From Planctomycetota bacterium (GTDB lineage Bacteria; Planctomycetota; PLA2; JAEUHO01): a DNA stretch of 64,000 nt. Position 1 is the first letter of the stretch. Each line of letters begins with the position of its first letter. The DNA is taken from NCBI GenBank assembly GCA_965223505.1, contig CBDCWP010000039.1, positions 64,001 through 128,000 of the forward strand, read 5' to 3'. The notes beneath the pieces were generated by a model that was given only the letters and a program-made list of their open reading frames with translations, did no database searches and was not told the origin of the DNA. Shown here piece after piece: positions 53,813 to 63,377 of this stretch. A program made the position numbers and the translations under genes.

Positions 53813-55756
53813 CTAGCGGCTCGCCGCCACCGCCTCGACGGCCTCTGGATTCTCCACGCTCGCGAGGTCGCCCACCGGCTCGTCCAGCCAGCGACGCTTG
53901 ATGACCCCCCGCACGATCTTCGCCGAGCGCGTCTTCGGCAGCATGTCCACGAACCGCAACGCCTTCGGCCGCAGCGTCTTGCCGAGCTGGCCGACCACGC
54001 TGCCGACCAGCTCCTGACGCAGCGCCTCCGTCTCCTCCACGCCCGGCTTGAGCACCACGAACACCACGACGTCCTCGCCCTTCAGCTCGTCCGGCACACC
54101 GATCGCGGCCGCCTCGCTCGCCTGCGGATGCGCCACCACCGCCGCCTCGACCTCGGCCGGTCCGACGCGCTTGCCGGCGACGTTGATCGTGTCGTCGCTG
54201 CGTCCGTGCAGGAACCAGAACCCCTCGTCGTCCACGTATGCCCAGTCGCCGTGGTACCAGACGCTCTCGCCGAAGCGCTCGAAGTAGGTCGCCAGGTAGC
54301 GGGCGTCGTCGTTCAGGAAGCTCTTCGTCAGGCTCGGACCCGGCTGCTTGAGCACGAGGTGACCCAGCCCGCCGCGGATCGGCTTGCCGTCGTCGTCGAA
54401 CACGTCGACGTCCATTCCCAGCCCCGGGCCGCGCAGGGTGCACGGCTTGAGCGCCGTCACCGGCAACGGCGAGAGCAGGCAGCCGACGAGCTCCGTCCCG
54501 CCGCTGATGTTGATGATCGGGCAACGCCTGCCGCCGACCTTCTCGAAACACCACGTCCACGACTCGGGATCCCAGGGTTCGCCCGTCGATCCCAGAATGC
54601 GCAAGGACGAGAGATCGTGCGCGGCCGCCAGCTTGTCGCCCGCGCGCCGCAGCAGGCGAATCGCCGTGGGGGCGACACCCAGGTGCGTCAGCCCGTGCCG
54701 CGCCACCATCTCGAACAACCGGTCGGGCTTCGGCCAGTTCGGCGCGCCTTCGTACACCATCAGCGCGCCGCCCAAGCTGGTCACGCCGATCATCTCCCAC
54801 GGACCCATCATCCAGCCGATGTCGGTGAACCAGAAGAAGCGCGCGTCGCGGTTCACGTCGAATGCGTACGCGAGCTCCTTGTTCATCTGTGCGAGACAAC
54901 CAGCGTGCGTATGCACGGTGCCCTTGGGCTTGCCCGTCGTGCCCGACGTGTAGAGGATCATCGCCGGCGCTTCCGCGTCGAGCACCTCGGTGTGCCGGTC
55001 GGGCTCGCGCTTGCTCACCCGCTCGTGCCACCACATGTCGCGGTGGATGTTGAACGCCAGCGTTCCGCCCGTCCGGCGCAGCACGATCGTGTTGCGCAGC
55101 GTCGGCACCGTCTCGACCGCCAAGTCGGCGAACGGCTTGATCGGCGTCTTCTTGCCGCGGCGATACCCGCCGTCCGACGTGAACAGCACGACCGCCTCGG
55201 CATCGCGCAGCCGCACCGCCAGCCCGTCGCTGCCGAACGCCGAGAACACCGGCACCGCGACGGCGCCGACCTGGAAGCACGCGAACAGCGCGACGACGAC
55301 CGCCGGCACCATCGGCATGTAGATCCCGACCCGGTCCCCGGGCGTCACCCCCAGATCGCGCAGCAGCCCGGCGGCCCGGTTCACCTCGTCGCGAAGCTGC
55401 GCGTACGTGAGCGCGCCGACGGAGCCGTCGTCCGCCTCGGCGATCAACGCCGTGCGGTCGCCGTCCCCGTTCTCCACGTGCCGGTCGAGGCAGTTGAGAA
55501 CGATGTTGGTTCGGCCCCCGATGAACCAGCGTGTCCACGGGAGCCCTCGCGCGTCGTCGTACGTTCGCGTGTACGGCTCGTACCAGGAGAGACCGAGATC
55601 CTCGTTGACCGTGTCCCAGAAGCGGCCGATGTCCGCGACCGACCACGCGTGCAGCTCCTCGAAGCTCCGCGCGCCGGTCTTGTCCATCAGGCGCTTGACG
55701 TGGGTGCCCTCGATGTAATGCCCGCTCGGCTCCCAGACCACCGCGTCGTTGCTCAT
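53813..55756 (-). CDS. Acetate/acyl-CoA synthetase (AMP-forming)
   Basis: YTSGTTGKPKG, DIGWMMGPW, TGEPW, SGGTE, GRSDD, LPKTRSAK. Confidence 0.92.
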   Translation of the reverse strand: MSNDAVVWEPSGHYIEGTHVKRLMDKTGARSFEELHAWSVADIGRFWDTVNEDLGLSWYEPYTRTYDDARGLPWTRWFIGGRTNIVLNCLDRHVENGDGDRTALIAEADDGSVGALTYAQLRDEVNRAAGLLRDLGVTPGDRVGIYMPMVPAVVVALFACFQVGAVAVPVFSAFGSDGLAVRLRDAEAVVLFTSDGGYRRGKKTPIKPFADLAVETVPTLRNTIVLRRTGGTLAFNIHRDMWWHERVSKREPDRHTEVLDAEAPAMILYTSGTTGKPKGTVHTHAGCLAQMNKELAYAFDVNRDARFFWFTDIGWMMGPWEMIGVTSLGGALMVYEGAPNWPKPDRLFEMVARHGLTHLGVAPTAIRLLRRAGDKLAAAHDLSSLRILGSTGEPWDPESWTWCFEKVGGRRCPIINISGGTELVGCLLSPLPVTALKPCTLRGPGLGMDVDVFDDDGKPIRGGLGHLVLKQPGPSLTKSFLNDDARYLATYFERFGESVWYHGDWAYVDDEGFWFLHGRSDDTINVAGKRVGPAEVEAAVVAHPQASEAAAIGVPDELKGEDVVVFVVLKPGVEETEALRQELVGSVVGQLGKTLRPKALRFVDMLPKTRSAKIVRGVIKRRWLDEPVGDLASVENPEAVEAVAASR

Positions 55757-55812
55757 CCGCGTATTGAAGCGAGGGCGCGCAGGCGCCACAAGGCGCGGCC
55801 TCGTTCCGGCGT

Positions 55813-57120
55813 ATGCTGACCGCCGTGCGCGCGCGACGTCTCCTCGCCTGCTCCGTCCTGCTCGCGCTCGCGCCGTTCGGGGTCCATGCCGGCGAGCCCG
55901 ACAGCCTGCTCGAGACGAAGCACCTGCGCGTCTCCGGACGCGTACCGCAGGCCTGGCTGGACAAAGCCGGTGAGCTGGGGGAGGCGCTCTATCCCGTTCT
56001 CCGCGAGCACTGGGCGCGCGAGCCCGCGCCGCAACGGTTGCCGCTCGAGCTGATTCTCCACCCCGACCGCGCCTCCTTCCAAAGCGCTCTCCGCGCCGAG
56101 GGGGTCACGATCGACCTGACCGGCGCGGGCGGCTACACGACCGGCGACACGTACCGCTCGCACGTGTTCCTGCAGAGCGTCGCCTTCGAGACCCGACGCC
56201 TGATCCTCCACGAGATCACGCATCAGTTCGACGATCGCAGCAGTCTGCGCATGCGGGGCAAGGTCCCGCCCTGGTACCGCGAGGGCATCGCCGAGTACTT
56301 CGGTTGGCATCGGCAAGGGCCCAAGAGCATCACGTTCGGTCGGTTCGACGTGATTGCGCGCAACCACCGGCCGTCGCTCATGGCAAGTCGCGCGGCGGAA
56401 CCCGCATTCGACGCGTGGAAGATCGCGGCCGGCGAGACGGCGGGCGACTACACGACGGCGCTCGGGATCGTGTCCGCGCTGCTGCAGACGAAAGACGCGG
56501 ACGTCCGTTCGCTCTTCCGCACGTGGGAGCGCAAGCACGTCCATCGCGCCGGGATGCAAGGCGCGTTCGTGCGTCTGTTCGAGTCGCACGTCGACGGGTT
56601 CAACGACCTCGTGAGAGCGCACTGGAAATCGTTCGCGTATCCCTGGCGGCTTCCCAAACCCGGGTTCGACGTCCTTGGCGAAACGATCGTCGCGAATGCC
56701 CAGGACTTCGCCCGGCTCGAGTCCAACAGCGACACCCACCTGTGGGAGCTTTGCGCGGACGTCGAGGTCGAGGGCGGGGCGCGGGCGGGCCTGTTCATGC
56801 AGGACGCCGACGGCATGTACGTCCTCGTCGAGGTGGGATCCGACGAGGTGCGCATGTACGAGTCGGGCTCGCTCTCGGGCAAGGCGCTCCTCACGCGTCA
56901 GCGTTGGAGCCGTACGGCGAAAGGAACCGTCACGGTGCGGATCGCAGCCGGGGAGAAGGGCGTCGTCGGGATCTTCGGCGGCGAGGGTCGTTCGCGCGGG
57001 ATCGAACCCTCGGATCATTCCGCGCACATGGGACTTTTCGTCCGCTTCGGCGAGGCGCGGTTCACGAACGTGCGGCGCATGAAGCTGGCGTCCCGAATGA
57101 AGTTCCGCCGTCCCCGCTGA
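55813..57120 (+). CDS. Secreted gluzincin-like putative metallopeptidase (DUF1570-like)
   Basis: Signal peptide; LHEITHQ followed by PPWYREGIAEY. Confidence 0.7.
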   Translation: MLTAVRARRLLACSVLLALAPFGVHAGEPDSLLETKHLRVSGRVPQAWLDKAGELGEALYPVLREHWAREPAPQRLPLELILHPDRASFQSALRAEGVTIDLTGAGGYTTGDTYRSHVFLQSVAFETRRLILHEITHQFDDRSSLRMRGKVPPWYREGIAEYFGWHRQGPKSITFGRFDVIARNHRPSLMASRAAEPAFDAWKIAAGETAGDYTTALGIVSALLQTKDADVRSLFRTWERKHVHRAGMQGAFVRLFESHVDGFNDLVRAHWKSFAYPWRLPKPGFDVLGETIVANAQDFARLESNSDTHLWELCADVEVEGGARAGLFMQDADGMYVLVEVGSDEVRMYESGSLSGKALLTRQRWSRTAKGTVTVRIAAGEKGVVGIFGGEGRSRGIEPSDHSAHMGLFVRFGEARFTNVRRMKLASRMKFRRPR

Positions 57121-57185
57121 TCCCCGATTCCGAGTACCCTCGGAATGACGTTCGTATTCGTACGACGAGAGGCGAGGACGGCACG

Positions 57186-59126
57186 ATGACGACGATGGAA
57201 CGACCGCGGTGGATCGGGATGGCACTTCTCTTCCTGGGCGCGCTGATGTTGTTGCCCGGAACGAGCATGGCGGACGACGTCCCGGAGAGCTGTCGCAAGA
57301 AGTACGACCAAGCCAAGGAGCTCTTCGCCAAGGGCGGCGAGAAGAACCTGAAGAAGGCGATGAGTAACCTGAACAAGCTGCGCGACAAGGCAGCGACGTC
57401 GGTCGACTTCTGGGAGTTCTACGTGCGCCTCGGCCGGTTGACCGGCAAGAAGGAAGAGTCGATCTGGCGCTCCGTTGCCAAGCGTGAGGAGGCGAACCCC
57501 ACATCGCCCGCGTACGACCTCTTGCGCGCGCGCCTCGAGGGGGATCTCGAGAAGCAGCGCGAGCACCTCGACAAGGCGCTCGAGAAGCAACCCGACTCGC
57601 TACCCATCAAGCTGTTGATCGCCGAGAACCTCCTCGGCCAGGAGGAAGAGGTCGATGCGGAGGAGATCGTCGACGCGATCCTCGAGGCCCAGCCCGCGAA
57701 TCCGCGCGCGCTCATCCTCAAGGGCGAGATCCAGATCATGGGCGGCTACGCGCAGACGGCGATCGATTTTGCCGAGGAGCATCTCGGCAGCAAGGATCTA
57801 CCGGGATTGCACGACCTGAAGGCGCGCGCGCTGCTGCAGCTGATCGCGGATGGCGAGGCGAAGGACAACGCGCTCGAAGAGGCCGGCAAGTCCGCGGACG
57901 CCGCCGTCAGCGGCCGGCCGGACCCCGCGTTCGTTCTCACGAAGGCCAAGATCCTCAACATGCAGGCAAAGCCCGCCAAAGCGGCCACGCTGCTCAAGAC
58001 GCACTACGACAAGACCGGCTCGTCGCTGCTCGCCGGCATGCTCGGTGAGCTCGCCTTCCGCACCGGCGACTACGAGACCGCCATCAGCGTTCTCGCGGGG
58101 AATGCGAAGACCGACCTCGTCGCGGCGAAGGCGGTCGCAATGGCGCACGCACGCCTCGGCAACGGGAAGGACGCGCTCGCGGCGCTCGACGCGGTGCTCG
58201 CGAAGGACGCCGAGCAGAAGGCGTTCGCCACCTGGATCCACACGACCCTCGGCGACTTCGCGACGGCCAAGACCACGGCCGCCGGACTGGAGAAGGGCGA
58301 GGGCTGGCGTGCGTACATCGCCGCGAACGCAGGCGACGCGGCGACGGTGCTCGCGGAGGTCGGCGACGAGCTGAAGAAGGGGAGCCGGCCCGCAGAGGAC
58401 TACATGCTCTACTACCTCCACGCGCAGCTTCTGATGAAGCTCGGCGCAAAGGCCGAGGAAGCGCGCAAGGGGCTCGTCGCGGCGCGTCAGGCCGCCGCCA
58501 AGAAGGTCATTGCGAGCGCCGAGGTTCCGGAGCACGAGCCGGTCCGAACGGCCGAGACGATTCCGTACATGGCTCGCGTGGTGACCTACCGCAAGAGTGT
58601 CTGCGGATCGCCGTTCCGTCCCGCGGGGCGCGCGCAGCCGATGGCCACGCAGATGGACGGAAAGCCCGCGATCGGTATCGGGTTCTGGGGCCGGTCCGAC
58701 TGCCGGGATGATCCCCAACGCGCGTTCGTCTTCAATGCGAAGGTCATGGAAGGCAGCGTGACGATTCAACTGGGTGGCGGCGACTTCGGGCCCGCGCAAG
58801 AGGCGCTCGAGGCCGCGGGGACGGCGCTGGCCGGCGGCGACTACAAGAAGGCCATGGAGGAGCTCGACAAGGTGCTGGCCGTCGAGAAGGAGTGGGCGCG
58901 GGTGCGCGTCATGCGTGAGGTCTGCCGAGCGTTGGCCACCGAGGGGGACCTCGCCGACGCGGCGATGTCCGCCGCGGAAGTTGCCGCGAAGGAGCCGGAC
59001 GACTTCCTCGCGCGCCAAGTCGGGCTGCTGGTGCAGATGTGGGCGGGCACCGATGTGGCGAGCGAGCGCACGGCGCTCGCCGAGGCGATGGAGCAATACG
59101 CCGAACGCAGAATGACCAAGCTGTAG
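57186..59126 (+). CDS. Exported tetratricopeptide-repeat protein
   Basis: Signal peptide ..TSMA; repeated A...L...P helical TPR-like units. Confidence 0.7.
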   Translation: MTTMERPRWIGMALLFLGALMLLPGTSMADDVPESCRKKYDQAKELFAKGGEKNLKKAMSNLNKLRDKAATSVDFWEFYVRLGRLTGKKEESIWRSVAKREEANPTSPAYDLLRARLEGDLEKQREHLDKALEKQPDSLPIKLLIAENLLGQEEEVDAEEIVDAILEAQPANPRALILKGEIQIMGGYAQTAIDFAEEHLGSKDLPGLHDLKARALLQLIADGEAKDNALEEAGKSADAAVSGRPDPAFVLTKAKILNMQAKPAKAATLLKTHYDKTGSSLLAGMLGELAFRTGDYETAISVLAGNAKTDLVAAKAVAMAHARLGNGKDALAALDAVLAKDAEQKAFATWIHTTLGDFATAKTTAAGLEKGEGWRAYIAANAGDAATVLAEVGDELKKGSRPAEDYMLYYLHAQLLMKLGAKAEEARKGLVAARQAAAKKVIASAEVPEHEPVRTAETIPYMARVVTYRKSVCGSPFRPAGRAQPMATQMDGKPAIGIGFWGRSDCRDDPQRAFVFNAKVMEGSVTIQLGGGDFGPAQEALEAAGTALAGGDYKKAMEELDKVLAVEKEWARVRVMREVCRALATEGDLADAAMSAAEVAAKEPDDFLARQVGLLVQMWAGTDVASERTALAEAMEQYAERRMTKL

Positions 59127-59165
59127 GTTGCGGCGGGTGAATCGTGCGCCGACGATGTGCGGCCC

Positions 59166-60497
59166 ATGAGACACCTCACCGTCGACTACACGTTCGCGCT
59201 CGACGCCACGCTCGGGGCCGGCAACGGTCTCCCGGTGGCCGCACTGCAGGAGCCGAAGGAGCGCTGGGCCGCGCTCGCGGCGCAAGCCGTCCGCGACCGC
59301 GAGGACGGAGCGCTGGCGTTTCTCGACCTCGCGTCGCGCGACGATCTCGTCGAGGCGGTGCTGCAGTGGCACGCGCAGGCGCCCGGCGCGGACGACGTCA
59401 TCGTCGTCGGCATCGGGGGCTCGGCGCTGAGCGCGCGGCTCTTCGACGCGCTGCGTCACGACCCGAATTCGGGCCCGCGCCTGCACGTCGTCGACACCGT
59501 GGACCCACACGTCGTGGGGGCGTTGATGAGCGATGTCGACCCGGAGCGGGCGTTGCTCATGATCGTCTCGAAGTCGGGGGGAACGTTGGAGACCGCGGAG
59601 GTCGGGAAGGTCCTCGGCGCGTGGATGGCGGCGGCCTTGGGCGACCGGTATCCGTCGCGCGCGCTCGCCATCGCCGGCGAGGCGGACAATCCGCTGCGCA
59701 GGATGGCCGTCGAAGCCGGCATGCCGTGCCTCGACATTCCCGAGGGGGTCGGAGGACGGTTCTCGGCGCTCACGGCCGTTGGCCTCGCGCCGGCCGCGGC
59801 CGTCGGCGTCGACCCCCTGCGACTGCTCGCCGGTGCGCGCGACGCCGTCGAGCGGGTCCTGCTGCCGTCGATCGACGACAACCCGGCATTGGCGCTAGCG
59901 GTACTTCACTTCGAGGCGGCGCGCGCGGGACGACCCGTGACGGTGCTCCTGCCGTACGGCGAGACGCTCCGTCCGCTGGGACCCTGGTGGGCGCAGCTCG
60001 TCGGCGAGAGCCTCGGCAAGGCGTCGCCGGCCGGACCGGTGGGGGTGACGCCGGTGGCGGCGACGGGGCCGGCCGACCAGCACAGCCTGCTGCAGCTTCT
60101 GCTCGAGGGACCGGACGACAAGCTGACGGTCTTCGTCTCGCAGGCGCCGCGCGTGTCGCCCGATGCCCGCGACGGCCTCTCGGCGCTGGCCCGGGTGTTG
60201 TCGGCGGAGTGCGAGGCGACCCGGTTCACGCTGGCCAACGCCGGGCGTCCGTACGTGTCGATCGAGTTGGCCGACGCCTACGCCGAGTCCATCGGGGCGT
60301 TCGTTCTGACGTACGAGATGGCGGTCGCGTACTGGGGCCGGTTGCTCGAGGTGAATCCGTTCGATCAGCCCGCCGTGCAGCTGGGCAAGGACGCGGCCCT
60401 CGACCGGTTGCGCGGCGAGACCGACCCGTCGCGACTGGGCGAACGTTTGGAACGCATGAACGCGTACCGCGACCTACCCCGCCTACGCTCGTCGTAG
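59166..60497 (+). CDS. pgi: Glucose-6-phosphate isomerase
   Basis: GIGGS, SKSGGT.ET, VGGRFS, GESLGK, DQHS, NPFDQPAV..GK. Confidence 0.9.
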   Translation: MRHLTVDYTFALDATLGAGNGLPVAALQEPKERWAALAAQAVRDREDGALAFLDLASRDDLVEAVLQWHAQAPGADDVIVVGIGGSALSARLFDALRHDPNSGPRLHVVDTVDPHVVGALMSDVDPERALLMIVSKSGGTLETAEVGKVLGAWMAAALGDRYPSRALAIAGEADNPLRRMAVEAGMPCLDIPEGVGGRFSALTAVGLAPAAAVGVDPLRLLAGARDAVERVLLPSIDDNPALALAVLHFEAARAGRPVTVLLPYGETLRPLGPWWAQLVGESLGKASPAGPVGVTPVAATGPADQHSLLQLLLEGPDDKLTVFVSQAPRVSPDARDGLSALARVLSAECEATRFTLANAGRPYVSIELADAYAESIGAFVLTYEMAVAYWGRLLEVNPFDQPAVQLGKDAALDRLRGETDPSRLGERLERMNAYRDLPRLRSS

Positions 60498-60537
60498 CGC
60501 GATGCTCGTGCTCGTCGAGAGATGATCGTCGTTCGAC

Positions 60538-60562
60538 GGGCGGGGTCGAGCCCCGCCCCTAC
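60538..60562 (-). repeat. GTAG-type REP hairpin variant
   Basis: Minus strand reads GTAGGGGCGGGGCTCGACCCCGCCC, same architecture as the other REPs. Confidence 0.75.
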
Positions 60563-60563
60563 G

Positions 60564-61600
60564 TCTCAGTGCTGAGCACGTTGTTTACACCGCAGCCTGA
60601 AGCCGCTCGAAGGGGGTCTTGCCTCCAAGGCTAGCGTGAGGCTTGCGTCGGTTGTAGTGCTCGAGCCAAGGCCCGAGGGCCTTGGCTCGAGCGCGGCTGC
60701 TGCGGTAGGGCTTCACGTGGGCCCACTTGCGCAGCGTCGTTTGGATGAACCGCTCGGCCTTGCCATTCGTCTGGGGCCGATACGGCCGTGTGCGTACGTG
60801 GCGAGCTCCCAGCTCCTTGAGCGCGGCCTGGAAGGCGAAGCCGCGGTACGACGCGGCGTTGTCCGTCATGACGCGCTCCACGCGCACGCCGTGAACGTGT
60901 AGCCAGTGCGCAACTCGCTGTAGGAAACCCACCGCCGACTCCGCGCGCTCGTTGGGCAAGATCTCTGCGTATGCCAGGCGCGTGTGATCGTCCACGCAAA
61001 CGTGCAGGTACTCCCAGCCCAGGCCTCGGTTGCGGCAACGCGGATCCGGGTCCACACGCCTGCCCGGATGCTTGAAGCGCCCCAGTTTCTTCACGTCCAG
61101 GTGGATCAGCTCGCCCGGACGCTCGCGCTCATAGCGCACCACAGGCTCCTTGGGCTCCAGTGCGCTCAGCCGCCCTAGTCCCAGCCGCCGCAAGATGCCA
61201 CCCACGGTGGAAAGCGCCATCCGCAGCCGCGTTGCGATCGCCCAGCCGATCAGCTTCCTGCGGCGCAGCTGCTCGATTCGCCGTACCAATCGCGCCGGCG
61301 TTCGGTTCCACACTCGACTCGGCGCCGAACTGCGATCCGACAGACCCCCTTCGCCCTCTGCCTCGTAGCGCCCAAGCCACTTGTAGGCCGTGCCTCGGCT
61401 GATTCCCATCGCCTCGGCAGCGTCCGAAACGCGCCATCCTTCCTCCAAAACCCGCTGCACAAGCAGCAGTCGAGTTCGCGGCGTCGTTCGAGCGTTAGAG
61501 TGCAGGTTCATCCTGGGAGCCTCCCGGTGACTTGGGTTGGGTTTCGCAACCCCCAAGTTCCGGGATTCCCGGGATGTCTACAACCTGCTCAGCAATGACA
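60564..61600 (-). mobile_element. IS481-family insertion sequence, 1037 bp, 6-bp TSD CCTACG
   Basis: IRs TCTCAGTGCTGAGCACGTTGTTTACA / TGTCATTGCTGAGCAGGTTGTAGACA; TSD at 60558-60563 and 61601-61606. Confidence 0.92.
60585..61511 (-). CDS. IS481 family transposase
   Basis: H.NAR.T...R, RYE...PGELIHLDVKKLG, VDD.TR, TDN, PQTNGKAERF. Confidence 0.96.
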   Translation of the reverse strand: MNLHSNARTTPRTRLLLVQRVLEEGWRVSDAAEAMGISRGTAYKWLGRYEAEGEGGLSDRSSAPSRVWNRTPARLVRRIEQLRRRKLIGWAIATRLRMALSTVGGILRRLGLGRLSALEPKEPVVRYERERPGELIHLDVKKLGRFKHPGRRVDPDPRCRNRGLGWEYLHVCVDDHTRLAYAEILPNERAESAVGFLQRVAHWLHVHGVRVERVMTDNAASYRGFAFQAALKELGARHVRTRPYRPQTNGKAERFIQTTLRKWAHVKPYRSSRARAKALGPWLEHYNRRKPHASLGGKTPFERLQAAV

Positions 61601-61722
61601 CCTACGGCAACGGTGTTCGGCGAGCGATGACGGTCGTTCGGTGGGCAGGCCAGCGCTCGATGAGCGAGTTCCGCACTGTATTGCGGAACTCGCGTATCGG
61701 AGACTGGCTGAACGCCGGTGTC

Positions 61723-62208
61723 TCAAAAGGGAATATCATCGTCCGCGTCGCTGTAGTCGTCCTGCGGCGTCTCGCGAACGCCCACGGGTGCGGTCGGCGC
61801 CTGACCCTGTCCGGAGCGCGCTTGCCCATACGACGCACCTCCGCCGGAGGCCTGACCGGAGGCCTGACCACCGGAGGACTGACTGTCGATGAACTGGAAG
61901 TTCTCGCACACGACCGACAGCTTGCTGCGCCGCTGGCCGTCGCGTTCCCAGCTGTCGAATTTGAGTCGGCCCTCGACGAAGATCTGCCGGCCCTTGCTCA
62001 TGTAGCGCGCGATGGTCTCGCCGGTGCGGCCCCACGCCTCGACGTCGACGAAGCACGTCTCTTCGACGCGCTCGCCGCTGTCGCGTTTCGTGTAGGTGCG
62101 GTTGACCGCGATGCCGAACGAGACGACCGAAGTGCCCGACTGGGTGCTGCGCGTCTCGGGGTCACGTGTGAGCCGTCCAATCAGAAGGACACGGTTGAGG
62201 TTTGCCAT
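61723..62208 (-). CDS. ssb: Single-stranded DNA-binding protein
   Basis: N.V.LIGRLTRDPE, KGRQ.FVEGRL, C-terminal DDDIPF. Confidence 0.96.
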   Translation of the reverse strand: MANLNRVLLIGRLTRDPETRSTQSGTSVVSFGIAVNRTYTKRDSGERVEETCFVDVEAWGRTGETIARYMSKGRQIFVEGRLKFDSWERDGQRRSKLSVVCENFQFIDSQSSGGQASGQASGGGASYGQARSGQGQAPTAPVGVRETPQDDYSDADDDIPF

Positions 62209-62220
62209 GATGTCTCCTAG

Positions 62221-62337
62221 CTCTGGCCTCTCCAGAGTCGCGGTGCAGGTCCTACCCAGGTACCTGTCGCTCGCCCGAGGAGGAATCTCGGGTTGGAGCG
62301 ATCCCACCGCCTTACAGTGCGGTCTCGTATGATGGTA
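62221..62337 (-). promoter_or_regulatory. Candidate structured 5' leader of ssb (four tandem hairpins) with TACCAT -10 box
   Basis: Stems at 62221-62237, 62246-62266, 62267-62301 and 62306-62323; TACCAT on the minus strand at 62332-62337. Confidence 0.4.
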
Positions 62338-62407
62338 GCCGCCGGAAGGGACACAGCCGGAACAGTCGTCCGGGGCAGACGCGCCCGGGACCGGGAGGAC
62401 GCGCCGC

Positions 62408-62785
62408 ATGTCTGACGCCACGTCTCAGGACCCGAACCAGGAGAACCGACGCCGCCACGAACGCGTCGCCGCGACGATGCCCTGCATACTCGTCGCCGCC
62501 GACGGTGCGGAGCAGTCCTTCGACCTCGTCGATCTCTCCGAGTCGGGCGTCCGAATGCGCTGCGCCCGAGCGATCTCGGCCATGACCCGCATCCACGTCG
62601 CCATGGTCCTGCCCGGCGGCCGTGTCGGCCGCGACGACGACGTCCGGCTGGACACCGCCGGGGTCGTGGTCTGGAGCCATCCCGTCGGTGACGAGCAGTT
62701 CGACACCGGCGTCTTCTTCCCCGAGCTCGGCGATCACGAGCGGGGCCTGCTGCAGGCCTACGTCCTCTCCGCCGCCGAGCAGTAG
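62408..62785 (+). CDS. PilZ domain protein (c-di-GMP receptor)
   Basis: RRHER (RxxxR) and DLSESG (DxSxxG) motifs; GVVVW, GV.F. Confidence 0.85.
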   Translation: MSDATSQDPNQENRRRHERVAATMPCILVAADGAEQSFDLVDLSESGVRMRCARAISAMTRIHVAMVLPGGRVGRDDDVRLDTAGVVVWSHPVGDEQFDTGVFFPELGDHERGLLQAYVLSAAEQ

Positions 62786-62798
62786 CCTGGCGGACGGC

Positions 62799-63377
62799 AT
62801 GACCAACGCCGAGGCCTTCGTGCACCCGACCGCCGTCGTGGACGAGGGCGCACAGATCGGCCCCGGGGCCAGGATCTGGCACCACGCGCACGTCTGCGCC
62901 GGCGCGCGGATCGGCGCGGGCGTGGTCCTGGGGCAGGGCGTGTACGTGGGGCCCGGCGTCGAGATCGGCGCCGGATCCAAGGTCCAGAACCACGTCTCGG
63001 TCTATGCCGGCGTGACGCTGGGCGAGGAGGTCTTCGTCGGGCCGAGCGCCGTCTTCACGAACGTGCGCAGCCCGCGGGCCCACGTCGATCGTCGCGCCGA
63101 GTTCGCGGCCACCCAGGTGGCGCGGCGGGTGACGATCGGCGCCAACGCGACGGTCGTCTGCGGCGTCACGCTCCACGAGGCCAGCTTCGTCGCTGCGGGC
63201 GCCGTCGTCACCGACGACGTAGCGGCGTACACGCTCGTGCAGGGATGTCCTGCGCGTCCCGCCGGCTTCGCGTGCGAGTGCGGCGAACCGCTGCGTGATC
63301 TCGACGCGCTTCGTTGCGAGCGCTGCGGGAACACCTACCGACGACGCGACGACGCAATCGAGCGCGAGGAGGCATGA
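62799..63377 (+). CDS. WbpD/WlbB-like hexapeptide N-acetyltransferase
   Basis: VHPTAVVD.GA.IG, IWH, KVQN.VS.Y.GV, GPS.VFTNV..PR, C-terminal CxC..CxxC. Confidence 0.85.
   Translation: MTNAEAFVHPTAVVDEGAQIGPGARIWHHAHVCAGARIGAGVVLGQGVYVGPGVEIGAGSKVQNHVSVYAGVTLGEEVFVGPSAVFTNVRSPRAHVDRRAEFAATQVARRVTIGANATVVCGVTLHEASFVAAGAVVTDDVAAYTLVQGCPARPAGFACECGEPLRDLDALRCERCGNTYRRRDDAIEREEA

Noticed and set aside
53238..59126. 908-aa and 940-aa ORFs
   Set aside because: Their Arg/Gly-rich N-terminal parts are off-frame readings of neighbouring genes in GC-rich DNA; the real genes start at 53756 and 57186.
61846..61869. 12-bp tandem repeat in ssb
   Set aside because: It encodes the ordinary low-complexity Gly/Gln/Ser linker of SSB.
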